DNA from: Acidobacteriota bacterium
GTDB taxonomy: Bacteria; Acidobacteriota; Thermoanaerobaculia; Multivoradales; UBA5704
Length of the DNA: 64,000 bases
Assembly: GCA_040005235.1 (NCBI GenBank)
Contig: JBDTZG010000015.1
Location: 1 to 64,000, forward strand
Reading direction: 5' to 3'
Part shown: one piece after another, positions 1 through 9,422 of the stretch
Position numbering within the stretch: the first letter of the stretch is position 1
Layout: the number at the start of each line of letters is the position of its first letter
The notes under the pieces: generated by a model
Database searches by the model: none
Seen by the model: the letters and a program-made list of their open reading frames with translations, nothing else
Told to the model about the DNA's origin: nothing
Made by a program: the position numbers and the translations under genes

Positions 1-1570
1 TCGCCTCGCGGCAGCCGGCGGCGAGCGCCCAGCGGCCGAGCGCGCCGATCAGGAAAGAGCTTTCCGCCGCGGCGATGAACTCAGAAGGCGGCACCAGCCC
101 GCGGGTCGGGTGGCGCCAGCGCATGAGCGCTTCGAAACCCACCGTCCGGCCGGTAGAAATCTCGATCTGCGGCTGGTAAAAAAGGTCGAATTCGCTCTGT
201 TCGAGCCCTAAGCGCAGCTCGCTTTCGAGCGTCATCTGGGCGAACACCTGCGCCGAAAGATCGGGCGAGCAGAGCTGGTAGCCGTTCCTGCCCCGCTCTT
301 TGGCCCGGTACATCGCGACGTCGGCCCCGGTGAGCAGCGCTTCGGCGTCCGCGCCGTCGGTCGGAAACAGGCTGATGCCGATGCTGGTGGTCACGAACAG
401 GCGCCGGCCGTTGATCTCCATCGGCTCCTCGACCGCCCGCAGGATGCGCCGCGCGAGGTCCTCGGCGCGGCGCGCATCCTCGAACCGCGGCACCAGGAGG
501 ATGAACTCGTCGCCGCCAACCCGGGCAACCGTCTCGTCGCGTCCGGCCACTCGCAGCAGGCGCGAAGCGACCTGCTGCAACATCCGGTCGCCCGCGCTGT
601 GGCCGAGCGTGTCGTTGATCCGCTTGAACTGGTCGAGGTCGAGAAACAGCACGGCGACGTCGCCGTCGGTCTCCGCCGCATCCGCGAGCGCCGCGTTCAA
701 CCGTTCGAGCAGCAGCGCGCGGTTCGGCAGGCCGGTGAGGCCGTCGTGGTAAGCGAGATGGTAGATCTGCCGCTCGGCTTCTTTGCGCGCGGTGATGTCG
801 ACGATCGTCCCTTCCAGGAACTCGGGCTCGCCGTCGATTCCCTCGTGCAGGCTGGTGGTCGCCGAGACCCAGACCGGGCTGCCGTCCTTCCTGCGCATGC
901 ACAGCTCGTGGTCGGACAGGCTCTCCCGCTCGCGAAGCTCGGCGATCGTCCGCGCCCGCTCGCTGACATCCCGGTGCAGGTCGTTCACGTCGCGCCCGAT
1001 CAGGTCCCAGCGCGAGTCGTAGCCCAAGATCCGCGCATAAGCGTCGTTGCAATCGAGGATCTTGCCCGCGACGCTGTTGCGGAACAGGCCCGCGACGTGG
1101 CGCTCGAACAGGCTCCGGTAGCGCTCTTCCGACGCCGCGAGCGCCGCCTGGGCACGGACCCGCTCGGTCGCGTCGCGGAAGCTCCAGACCCGGCCGATCG
1201 GCTCGCCGTCCTCCACCTGCGGCATCGAGTAGCGCTCGAAGACCCGGCCGTCCTTGAAGCGCAGGACGTCGAACGATTCGGAAAACGGCGCGCCGTACAG
1301 CTCGCGCACGCGGGATAAAAACGCCTGCGGATCGACCAGCTGGCCGAGCACCGCCGCGAGCGCCACCTCGTCGTCGCGCGCCTCCAGGATCTCTTCGGCG
1401 ATCCCCCACATCTGCCCGAAGCGACGGTTGTGGGCGACGATCCGCCCTTCCCGATCGACCACCAAGAGGCCGTCCGCCGTCGACTCCAGGGTCGACCGGA
1501 GCAGCGCCAGCGAGCGTCGAGTCGCGTCTTCGGTCGACGCCGGCGGCCGGGGCGAGGCCAGGGTCACCAT
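1..1570 (-). CDS. PAS-PAS-GGDEF-EAL diguanylate cyclase/phosphodiesterase (3' end runs off window)
   Basis: Not in the ORF track; read manually from ATG at 1570: MVTLASP...ADGLLVVD (PAS)...[11 protein letters not shown]...[16 protein letters not shown]...ARVGGDEF...FYQPQ...GFEALMRW. Confidence 0.92.
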   Translation of the reverse strand, partial: MVTLASPRPPASTEDATRRSLALLRSTLESTADGLLVVDREGRIVAHNRRFGQMWGIAEEILEARDDEVALAAVLGQLVDPQAFLSRVRELYGAPFSESFDVLRFKDGRVFERYSMPQVEDGEPIGRVWSFRDATERVRAQAALAASEERYRSLFERHVAGLFRNSVAGKILDCNDAYARILGYDSRWDLIGRDVNDLHRDVSERARTIAELRERESLSDHELCMRRKDGSPVWVSATTSLHEGIDGEPEFLEGTIVDITARKEAERQIYHLAYHDGLTGLPNRALLLERLNAALADAAETDGDVAVLFLDLDQFKRINDTLGHSAGDRMLQQVASRLLRVAGRDETVARVGGDEFILLVPRFEDARRAEDLARRILRAVEEPMEINGRRLFVTTSIGISLFPTDGADAEALLTGADVAMYRAKERGRNGYQLCSPDLSAQVFAQMTLESELRLGLEQSEFDLFYQPQIEISTGRTVGFEALMRWRHPTRGLVPPSEFIAAAESSFLIGALGRWALAAGCREA

Positions 1571-1603
1571 GAGCGCGCCGCTTCCTCCCCCCTCATCCGA
1601 GCC

Positions 1604-2887
1604 TCATCCCAGCTCCGCAAACGCCGCCGAGAGTCGGGGCATCGCCTCTTCGATCGCGGCAACCGACACCGCGCCGATCGACAGGCGGAACCAGCCGGAG
1701 TCGTGCGGATAGCCGAACGCCCGGAACGGCACGACCGCGAGGCCGGCCTTTTCGAGCAAAAAGCGGCGAATCCCCGCGTCGGTGCCGAAGCGATCGAGCA
1801 GGTCGAACTTCGCCGACAGGTAGATCGCACCGGCCGGCGGCAGCGCCGCGACCGGGTAACCGTCCCGGCCGAGCGCCGACAGCCCGGCGTAGAGCGCCTC
1901 CAAACGAGCGAGCGCGCCCAACCGGATCGGCTCGACCAGCGGCTCGACCGCCGCCGGATCGGCGAAGATCTCGGCCGTCGCCACCTGCTCCGGCCGCGGT
2001 GCCCAGGCGCCGATGTGGCCGATCAGATCGCGCATGCGCGACATCAGGTAAGGCGGTCCGACCGCCCAGCCGACGCGCAGGCCGGTCGCGGCGAACGCCT
2101 TGCTGATGCCGTCGACGAAGATCGTGTAGCGAGAGATCTCCGGCACCAAGTCGACCGGCGTGAAATGCGGCGCCGAAGCCGCGGCGAGCAGCCAGTAGAT
2201 CTGATCGAAAAGCAGAAACAGCGGCCGCTCGGCGGCGCCGCGCCGCCGGTTCTCGGCCACCACCCGCTCGGCGATCTCGCCCAGCGCCTCGCGATGGAAG
2301 CCGGTGCCCGCGGGATTGAGCGGGCTGTTGAGCACCAGCAGGCGGGCGCCGCGGAGATGCGGTTCGAGATCTTCGGCGGTGGGCAGAAAACCCGCTTCCG
2401 GCGTCGTCGGCACGGCGACGCCCTGGGCGCCGGTCAGGTGGCAGTAGTGGTTGTTGTTCCACGACGGGATTGGATAGACCACCTTGTCGCCCGGTTCGAC
2501 CACCGTCTGGTAGCTCGACCAGAGGACCGGCCGCGCGCCCGAGGCGATGCCGATCCCGTCGATCGGATACGGCAATCCGAGCCGCTGCTCGTAAAACGCC
2601 GCCACCGCTTTGCGCAGCGCCGGAATGCCGTCGGACGGCGGATAGTTGGTCTCGCCCGCGGCGTACGCCCGGCAGACCGCATCTTCGAGCGCCTGCGGGA
2701 TGCGGAACTGCTGGGGCGAGAAATCGCCGACCGTCAAGTCGCAGATCGGCGCGCCGCTCTCGCGCAGTGCCCGGACTTCCCCGGCGATGCGCAAAATCTC
2801 CGAGCCGACGAGATGAAACGCCAGGGACCCGACCCCGTCCTGGGCAACGTCCGGCGCGGAAAGGTCGAGCGCGAGGGTTACGGCCAT
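1604..2887 (-). CDS. Class I/II PLP-dependent aminotransferase (aspartate aminotransferase-like)
   Basis: YPPSDG, NSPLNPAG, DQIY, GISKAFAATGLRVGW (PLP lysine). Confidence 0.9.
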   Translation of the reverse strand: MAVTLALDLSAPDVAQDGVGSLAFHLVGSEILRIAGEVRALRESGAPICDLTVGDFSPQQFRIPQALEDAVCRAYAAGETNYPPSDGIPALRKAVAAFYEQRLGLPYPIDGIGIASGARPVLWSSYQTVVEPGDKVVYPIPSWNNNHYCHLTGAQGVAVPTTPEAGFLPTAEDLEPHLRGARLLVLNSPLNPAGTGFHREALGEIAERVVAENRRRGAAERPLFLLFDQIYWLLAAASAPHFTPVDLVPEISRYTIFVDGISKAFAATGLRVGWAVGPPYLMSRMRDLIGHIGAWAPRPEQVATAEIFADPAAVEPLVEPIRLGALARLEALYAGLSALGRDGYPVAALPPAGAIYLSAKFDLLDRFGTDAGIRRFLLEKAGLAVVPFRAFGYPHDSGWFRLSIGAVSVAAIEEAMPRLSAAFAELG

Positions 2888-3075
2888 ACAGACTCCTTCG
2901 ATTCGGGCTTTAACGACGGCGAGGACTTCGCCGGGCGTGTGGCGCCAAGGTTATCGGACCTGGGCGCCCACGCCAACCGGACGAACTGGAGGAGGGGGTG
3001 CAAAAAGGGAAAGGCGTGCCGGACGACCAACCGTCCGGCACGCCCGGGGCAAATAGGGGCGGAGCGGTTATGAGA

Positions 3076-3993
3076 CTACTGCGGCGGGACGGTCGAGGTC
3101 GGCGAGCTGAGAGCGCCGTTACCGACGTTGCGGACGTCGCCCGACGAGATGATCTGGCCGCTGTTGGCGGTCACCATGCCCGCGGTGCCGTTGGCAAAGA
3201 GTGTGGAGTCGGTGACCCGAAGGACCGTGTTGAGACCATCCGCCCGAACGCCGCCCATGCCGTTGGAAACCGAGCTCGAACCCGAGACCATCAGGCCCGC
3301 GGAGCCGCCGGTGTTGAGCGCCTCGAAACCTTGCGTCGAGTTGGCCGCCGCGTAACTGTTGCTGATCGACATGTTGACGAGCCCTTCGACGTGCAGGCCG
3401 AACAGGTTGCGCTCCATCTGCACGTGATCGATCGTGCCGTTGGCCGAGCCGGTGCCGCTCGGCTTGACGAAGATCGCGCCGGCCGCGTTCTCGATGAACA
3501 CGGAATCCAGGACGTACAGCTGGCCGGCGGCCGGGGGCTCGAAATCGATCCCGCGCTGGGTGAAGCCCTTGACCGAGCAGCGTTCGACGTGCAGCGCGCC
3601 GCCCGCGATGAAGCGGACGCCGTTCAAGCCGGTGCCGAGCCCCTCGATGTCGAGACCCCGCAGGACCACGGTGTCGGTAGCTCCGGCGTTGACGATGATC
3701 GCGTTCGTGCCGGAGACCAGCACGCCCGCCTCGATGTGATCGGAGACGATCGAGATCGACTTGGTGATCGTCACTCCGCCAAAGCCGCCCGGATCGAGGA
3801 CGTTGATTTCGCCCTTGGCCGCGGTCTTCGAGATGGCGCCCGCGAAAGTTTTGCACGGCGCGGTGCGGCTGCACGGATTGGCGTCGTCGCCGACGCCGGA
3901 AACCCAGGTGCGGGTCGCCTGTCCGAAAGCCAACGAGGGGACGAGAAGGAAAGCAGCGAGCGCGAGGAGGGGACGGAAGGATCGAAGGTTCAT
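3076..3993 (-). CDS. Secreted right-handed parallel beta-helix repeat protein
   Basis: Signal peptide, QATRTWVSGVGDDANPCSRTAPCKTFAGAISKT N-cap, beta-helix-like repeats; RBS AAGGAG before ATG 3993. Confidence 0.8.
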   Translation of the reverse strand: MNLRSFRPLLALAAFLLVPSLAFGQATRTWVSGVGDDANPCSRTAPCKTFAGAISKTAAKGEINVLDPGGFGGVTITKSISIVSDHIEAGVLVSGTNAIIVNAGATDTVVLRGLDIEGLGTGLNGVRFIAGGALHVERCSVKGFTQRGIDFEPPAAGQLYVLDSVFIENAAGAIFVKPSGTGSANGTIDHVQMERNLFGLHVEGLVNMSISNSYAAANSTQGFEALNTGGSAGLMVSGSSSVSNGMGGVRADGLNTVLRVTDSTLFANGTAGMVTANSGQIISSGDVRNVGNGALSSPTSTVPPQ

Positions 3994-4131
3994 CACAATC
4001 TCCTTTTTCGAAAACGCGCGGGAATAACCGCGCGAATACCGCATGAAGAGTCCTGGATAACAACCTACCAGAACTCTAGGCTCGGCGGATCTGAATTTCG
4101 TTTCATCCCGCCCCTCGCAAGGTCCGCTCGC

Positions 4132-5043
4132 CTACTGACGGGCCACCGTCATGGTCGGCGCGCCGGAACCGTCGTTCTCGTTGGTGCCGTAGGAGATCAG
4201 GGTCCCGCCGCTCGCCGTCACCAGCCCGTTGGTGTTGCCGGAGAAAACCGAGTCGGTGGTCCGCGCCGTGGCGAGCCCTTCCGACCGCAGGCCCGTCGCG
4301 TTGAAGGAAGAAACGGTGCGGGTCAAAAAGAGAGTCGGCCCCGCTGCCGTGCCGATCGCGCCGAAGCCTTCTGCGATGCTGTTGACCGCGATGCTGTCAT
4401 TCGCGACGGCCCGGACGGTTTCCTCGACCCGCAGGCCGAACAGATTGCGATCCATCCGGACCCGTTCGAGCACCACGGACGCCAGCCCGCCCGACGGGTG
4501 GACCCAGATGGCCCCGCCGTTGGTCGCGTTGTTCTGACCCCGGATCGTCGTGTCGATCACCGTGAGCTTGGCTTTGGCCGAGGGCGGAAAATCGATCCCC
4601 CTCTGGCTGAAGTTTTGGATCGTGCACTTCTCGACCGTCAGCGACCCTCCGGAAACGAAGAAGATGCCGTTCAAGCCGGTGCCGAGCCCTTCCAAATCAA
4701 GGCCGCGCAGGTAGACGTCGCCGGTCCCCGCGTTGACGATGATTCCGTTGGTGCCGGAGACCAAGACGCCCGCCTCGAACCCGTCGGAGATGATCGAGAT
4801 CGACTTGGTGATCGTGACGCCGCCGAAGCCGCCCGGATCGAGGACGTTGATCTCGCCACCCGCCGCCGTCTTGCTGATCGATCCGGCAAACGTCTTACAC
4901 GGAGCGGTTCGGCTGCACGGGTTGGCGTCGTCGCCGACCCCCGAAACCCAGGTGCGGGTGGCCTGGGCGCCTGCGGGCAACGCGGCGCAGAGGGTGAGGG
5001 CAACAGCTGGAATCCAAGAAGCGCGGGGAAGAAAGGCACGCAT
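4132..5043 (-). CDS. Secreted right-handed parallel beta-helix repeat protein (tandem paralog)
   Basis: Same N-terminal block as 3076..3993; RBS TAAGGAG before ATG 5043. Confidence 0.8.
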   Translation of the reverse strand: MRAFLPRASWIPAVALTLCAALPAGAQATRTWVSGVGDDANPCSRTAPCKTFAGSISKTAAGGEINVLDPGGFGGVTITKSISIISDGFEAGVLVSGTNGIIVNAGTGDVYLRGLDLEGLGTGLNGIFFVSGGSLTVEKCTIQNFSQRGIDFPPSAKAKLTVIDTTIRGQNNATNGGAIWVHPSGGLASVVLERVRMDRNLFGLRVEETVRAVANDSIAVNSIAEGFGAIGTAAGPTLFLTRTVSSFNATGLRSEGLATARTTDSVFSGNTNGLVTASGGTLISYGTNENDGSGAPTMTVARQ

Positions 5044-5158
5044 ATCAATCTCCTTACGGAAGAGCAACGGACCTCAAGCCGCCGAGCCCGTCGGTACAAT
5101 CGGAAAAAGGTGAAGGAAGAAGCCTACACCCGTTCGCCAAGCACCGAACCCTCGGAGA

Positions 5159-6007
5159 TTAAAGAATCACGGTGAGCACGGAGGCGACGACCGCCGCGAT
5201 GCTTGCGACCAGGCAGACGATCGCGCCCAGCACGTGGTCGGGCCGCTCTTCACGCAAGGGGTCCATCCACACGCTAAGCAGCCAGCCGCCGGCAAACCCG
5301 CCGATGTGCGCCCAATTGTCGACGATGCCCCGCATGAAATAGCCGAGCGCCAGGAGCGGCAGAATCCAGTTCCAGGTCTGGCTCTTGATGTAGCGGTTGC
5401 CCGTGCGCCGGCCGTAATAGATCAGCGCCGCCAGCAGGCCGCAGATTCCGGCCGAGGCGCCCAGCGTGAGCTCGCCCCCTCCGAGTCCGGGGATCGGGAT
5501 GTGCAGCAGGAATATCCCGGAGCTGACCAGGAAACCGCACACCGACGAGCCGACGAACAGGATCACCATCCGGCCTGGGCCATAGAGGTGCGCGACGCCG
5601 GGGGCCAGGTTGCGCATCGACATCATGTTGAAGAACAGGTGCAGGAGGCTGCCGTGGAGAAGCCCGGCGGAGAGCGGCGTCCACCAGCGGCCATAGCCGA
5701 AGATCGGCGCCGCCCCGCTGGCCCCGAAGGCAAGCATCGCCCGTACGCCCGGCGAGAGAAAATTGAACCAGGACTGGTTCCGGATGCCCTGCGGATCGAA
5801 CCAGAGCATCAGCCCGTAGGTCACGATGCACAGCCCGATGATCAGCGCCGAAAATCCCATGTCGTCGCCCAGGCGCTTCAATACGCCGACGAAGCCGAAC
5901 AACCCCGGCCGAGCCCGCCCGCAATAGGGGCACTTGGGCTCAGCGACGTCGACCAGCCGGCCGCAGGAGGGGCAGACGATTGCGCCGGTGCGCTGGCGGG
6001 GGCTCAA
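5159..6007 (-). CDS. Rhomboid intramembrane serine protease with N-terminal zinc ribbon
   Basis: CPSC..CPYC, HGSLLHLFFNM, GASAG catalytic Ser, AHIGG catalytic His; TTG start overlaps the upstream TGA. Confidence 0.85.
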   Translation of the reverse strand: MSPRQRTGAIVCPSCGRLVDVAEPKCPYCGRARPGLFGFVGVLKRLGDDMGFSALIIGLCIVTYGLMLWFDPQGIRNQSWFNFLSPGVRAMLAFGASGAAPIFGYGRWWTPLSAGLLHGSLLHLFFNMMSMRNLAPGVAHLYGPGRMVILFVGSSVCGFLVSSGIFLLHIPIPGLGGGELTLGASAGICGLLAALIYYGRRTGNRYIKSQTWNWILPLLALGYFMRGIVDNWAHIGGFAGGWLLSVWMDPLREERPDHVLGAIVCLVASIAAVVASVLTVIL

Positions 6008-7998
6008 GCGGGAACCGCCGCTTCGCTGAACATTCCCGGGCGATAGGCGGTGATCCGGCCGGTGAAAGCCGAAGCCGCCACCGTGAGAGGCGAGGCGAGC
6101 CAGAGCTTGCCGGGGCCGGAGCGGCCTTTGTAGTTGCGGTTGATCGCCGAGAGGGTCACCTGGTCGGCGGTGTCCGAGACTCCCGGGCCGCAGCCGATGC
6201 AGGCGCCGCAGCCAGGCCGGATCAGTGTCACCCCGGCCTGCTCGAAGGCTTTGTCGAGACCGTTCTCGTGGACGAACCTTTCCACCGCCATCGAGCCGCA
6301 CTGGATCAGGAACTTCACCCCCGGCGCCACTTTGAGACCCGCGTCCACGGCTTCTTTCACCACCTGATGGTAGAAGACCAGGTCGTCGATCTTTCCCGCC
6401 GTGCAGCTGCCGCCGTAGGCGATCTCGATCGGCACCTGGCCGAGGGCTTCCACCAGCTCGCCGTTGGTCGGGTCGGAGGGGATGCCGCGATCGGGATCGC
6501 CGGGGTGTGCCACCATCGGCCGGATCGTCGACAGGTCGATCGTGTGGATGCCGCCCGCGTATTCGGCCCCCGGATCGGGCGCCACCGCCTTTTCGCGCAG
6601 GCGTACCACGTCGGTGCCCGGCCGCCATTCGGCGATCCAGCGGAAGGTCTCTTCGTCGGCGATCACGATCGCGGTGCGCGCGGCGCACTCGGTCGCCATG
6701 TTGGTGAGCGTCGCCCGCTCGTCCATCGACAGCGCCGCCACTCCGGGGCCGGTGAACTCCATCACCCGGTTGAGCGTCGCCTCGGGCTTGGCGTAATGGA
6801 GCAGGATGTAGAGCATCACGTCTTTGGCCGTGACGCCGGGCGCGAGCTGGCCCGACAGCTCGAAGCGGATCGACTCCGGCACTTCCACCTGGGTGAACCC
6901 GGCGTGGGCAAGGTCCGAGTACTCGGTGGTTCCCACCCCCCAGGCGAGCGCGTTGTTCACGCCACCCATGCAGGTGTGACTGTCGGTCGCCTGGATGAAA
7001 TCGCCCGGCTCGATCAGCTCTTCGCGCGCCACCTCGTGGCAGATCCCCGGCGAGACGCCGTCCTTCGCCGAAAAGTCGCGCACCCCGGTATGGCGCTGGA
7101 ACTCGCGCTGCAGCTCGCGCAGGGTCTCGATCTTGGCCGAAAAAACGCGCATCTTCGGCACTTCGTCGGCGTAGATCAGATGGTCCTCGAAAACCGCGAA
7201 GCGCTCCGGGTTCTGCACCTGGTAGCCGGCGCCGTATTCCTGCTCCAGGAAGTAATGGACCTGGGCGGTCGTGAACTCGTGGCTATACCCACCATCCACC
7301 CGCACGACCACGGCGTCGCCCGGCTTCACATACTTCTCGCCCTCGCCCAAAATCTTTGCGGCGAGGATCTTCTCGGCCATCGTCATTGGCCGCGGCCCGG
7401 TGTCGGGCTTCGGCAGGTCGATCTCGCCCGCGGCGAGCGCCTTGGAAAACGGGAACAGGCCGCCGTGGCGGATCACCCGCTGGGTGATCGGGTCATGCCC
7501 CTGGCAGAACTCGTCGAGCGGAATCCCCTCCCCCGCTTGGAGCCTTAGGAGCATCGCGTGATCGCCCATCATCACGCCCTGGTTGATGTTGTTGCCCGCG
7601 TGGATCGGCGCGAACGAGGCGGCCACCGCCAAGCGGATGCCGCTCCATTTTTCGGCCTGGACGGCGGTTTCGCGCGAGCTGCCGACCCCTTTGCGGTGGC
7701 CCGAGACGATCACCTCGAAGTTGCCGTGGATCAGGGCGTCCTTCTCGAACAGCCTTTTCCCGTCGACGATCAGCCCGGCGTAGGCATCGCGCGCGATGTC
7801 CTCCGGCCGGTGGGAGAAGCAGACCCACGCCGGGGTCATCGCGTCGGTGTTGATGTCGTCGAGCAGGTCCTCTACCCTCAAATCCGCCATCCGCAAATCG
7901 AGCTCGCCGGCCAACTGGCGGCGGATCAGGTCCGGATCCTTGGTCAGGAACAGCACCCTCTTGCCGGGCGTTGAGCGAAACGTATCGGCTGGCTTCAT
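6004..7998 (-). CDS. Aconitase-family hydratase; fused swivel (LeuD-like) and large (LeuC-like) domains
   Basis: DDINTD and GSSRETA (swivel domain), DSHT, GGSCT and PGCGACIG [4Fe-4S] ligands, NRNYKGR. Confidence 0.88.
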   Translation of the reverse strand: MKPADTFRSTPGKRVLFLTKDPDLIRRQLAGELDLRMADLRVEDLLDDINTDAMTPAWVCFSHRPEDIARDAYAGLIVDGKRLFEKDALIHGNFEVIVSGHRKGVGSSRETAVQAEKWSGIRLAVAASFAPIHAGNNINQGVMMGDHAMLLRLQAGEGIPLDEFCQGHDPITQRVIRHGGLFPFSKALAAGEIDLPKPDTGPRPMTMAEKILAAKILGEGEKYVKPGDAVVVRVDGGYSHEFTTAQVHYFLEQEYGAGYQVQNPERFAVFEDHLIYADEVPKMRVFSAKIETLRELQREFQRHTGVRDFSAKDGVSPGICHEVAREELIEPGDFIQATDSHTCMGGVNNALAWGVGTTEYSDLAHAGFTQVEVPESIRFELSGQLAPGVTAKDVMLYILLHYAKPEATLNRVMEFTGPGVAALSMDERATLTNMATECAARTAIVIADEETFRWIAEWRPGTDVVRLREKAVAPDPGAEYAGGIHTIDLSTIRPMVAHPGDPDRGIPSDPTNGELVEALGQVPIEIAYGGSCTAGKIDDLVFYHQVVKEAVDAGLKVAPGVKFLIQCGSMAVERFVHENGLDKAFEQAGVTLIRPGCGACIGCGPGVSDTADQVTLSAINRNYKGRSGPGKLWLASPLTVAASAFTGRITAYRPGMFSEAAVPA

Positions 7999-8106
7999 CG
8001 GGCTCCTCGATCGGGTAGGCGTCCGGCAGGTGACGGATCGAGGACATTCTACCGCCCGAGGCGGGGGGTGCGCACGGCCGAAAATCGAGACCCCTATAGA
8101 GCGGGC

Positions 8107-8301
8107 TCTCAGCCCTTGGGGATGTCGGGGGAACCTGGAACCTCGCCCCAGGCTATTTTGGGGCGGGCCTTCGGCCCTCAAGGGCGGTGACATTCTTGCG
8201 CGCCGAGCACCGGCCCCCCTGATTCGGCCACCGTGTCCGCTCGACCGAAAACGCCGCCGTGACGGCGGCGGTTCCAGGGATCGGCCTTCCTTCGGCTGAG
8301 G
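8107..8301 (+). ncRNA. ssrS: Candidate 6S RNA
   Basis: About 195-nt rod: CTCAGCC(8108)/GGCTGAG(8294), GGGATGTCG/CGGCCTTCC, CCTGGAACC(8134)/GGTTCCAGG(8270); central bubble; TATAGA -10-like box at 8095-8100. Confidence 0.5.
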
Positions 8302-8340
8302 TCTAGTCGTCGCCTGCGACGAGGTCTCCTTGCAGCACGC

Positions 8341-8567
8341 GTAGAGACGCCCCAGGACGCCATCCCGACAGGACCGGGTGCTGGCCGTCGGGGCGTCTCC
8401 GCCGCAGCAACGATCGATGCGGTTCATCACAAACCCCAAATAGCCCTACCGATCCGCGATGGCGCGTCCGATGGGCGATCCTGGCCGCTGTCGCACGTCT
8501 TTTCGCGGAGACGCCCCGACGGCCAGCACCCGGACAGGATCGTGGTTGGGTACTGGAGCGTCTCTAC
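8341..8567. repeat. REPIN-like inverted pair of GTAG-family REP sequences
   Basis: GTAGAGACGCCCC at 8341, GGAGCGTCTCTAC ending at 8567; perfect 29-bp inverted repeat 8374-8402 / 8505-8533. Confidence 0.7.
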
Positions 8568-8613
8568 CCTGCTGCGGGTCGGCGGCCGCAGAATCTAAAG
8601 CTTTGGGACGTTG

Positions 8614-9411
8614 TCAGATCACAACCGGCATGTGGGTGACCTGCCCGTCTTCGAGCCGCAGGGCGGTGAGAGACCGTCCCCAGGCGCAGCCGGAGTCTAA
8701 ACAGATCACCCCGTCGGCTCGGTGGTAGCCGAGGGCGGCCCAGTGGCCGAAGAGGATCGTGACGCCGTCGGGGCGGCGGTTGGGGAGCTGGTACCAGGGG
8801 GTGAGGCCCGGTGGGGCGCTGTCGGGGGGGCCGCTGTAGGGGGAGAGGCGGGCGCTTCGTTCGAAGGTCCGGACTCGCGTGAGGATGGAGAGGACGTAGC
8901 GGCGGCGTTCGGTGCCTCGGAGGGTCGTGGCCCAGGTGCCGGGGGTGTCGCGGCTGGGGTCGATGGTGCGCTGGAAGCGCTCGTTCCTTAGCCCCACCTC
9001 CACCTCGGCGGCAAGGGCGGCGGCTTGGTTCGGGGTCCATCCGGGGTGGAGTCCGGCGTGGACCAGCAGCCACTCCCCTTCCCGGTGGACCAGCGGCTGC
9101 CGGCGGAGCCAGTCGAGCAGTTCGGCTCGGTCGGGGGCGGCCAGGACTTCGTCCAATGTGTCGCGGCGCTTCGGCTCGGCGAGCCCTTCGGCTCGGGCGA
9201 GGAGGTGGATGTCGTGATTGCCCAGGACCACCAGCGCCCGGTCTCCCAGGCCGATCACCCGGCGGAGGACGCCGAGCGAGTCGGGGCCGCGGTTCACCAG
9301 GTCGCCGCAGAACCAGAGGCGGTCGGCCTTGGGGTCGAACCGAATCTCGGCGAGGAGCCGGTCGAGGGTCGGAAGGTGGCCGTGTACGTCGCCGATCACA
9401 TAGGTCGGCAT
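8614..9411 (-). CDS. apaH: Symmetrical bis(5'-nucleosyl)-tetraphosphatase
   Basis: GDVHG, GDLVNRGPDS, LGNHD, VHAG, FGHWAALG, LDSGCAWG. Confidence 0.93.
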   Translation of the reverse strand: MPTYVIGDVHGHLPTLDRLLAEIRFDPKADRLWFCGDLVNRGPDSLGVLRRVIGLGDRALVVLGNHDIHLLARAEGLAEPKRRDTLDEVLAAPDRAELLDWLRRQPLVHREGEWLLVHAGLHPGWTPNQAAALAAEVEVGLRNERFQRTIDPSRDTPGTWATTLRGTERRRYVLSILTRVRTFERSARLSPYSGPPDSAPPGLTPWYQLPNRRPDGVTILFGHWAALGYHRADGVICLDSGCAWGRSLTALRLEDGQVTHMPVVI

Positions 9412-9422
9412 CGGGGCGAACG

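Noticed and set aside
81-1409. 442-aa ORF in the track as the real gene
   Set aside because: Arg/Gly-rich shadow frame; the real PAS-GGDEF-EAL frame starts at 1570 and runs off the window.
2998-5175. 725-aa plus-strand ORF (likewise 5980..7548, 26733..28865, 44246..46246 and 49282..52047)
   Set aside because: Antisense shadows of well-supported genes, as expected in high-GC DNA; no motifs.
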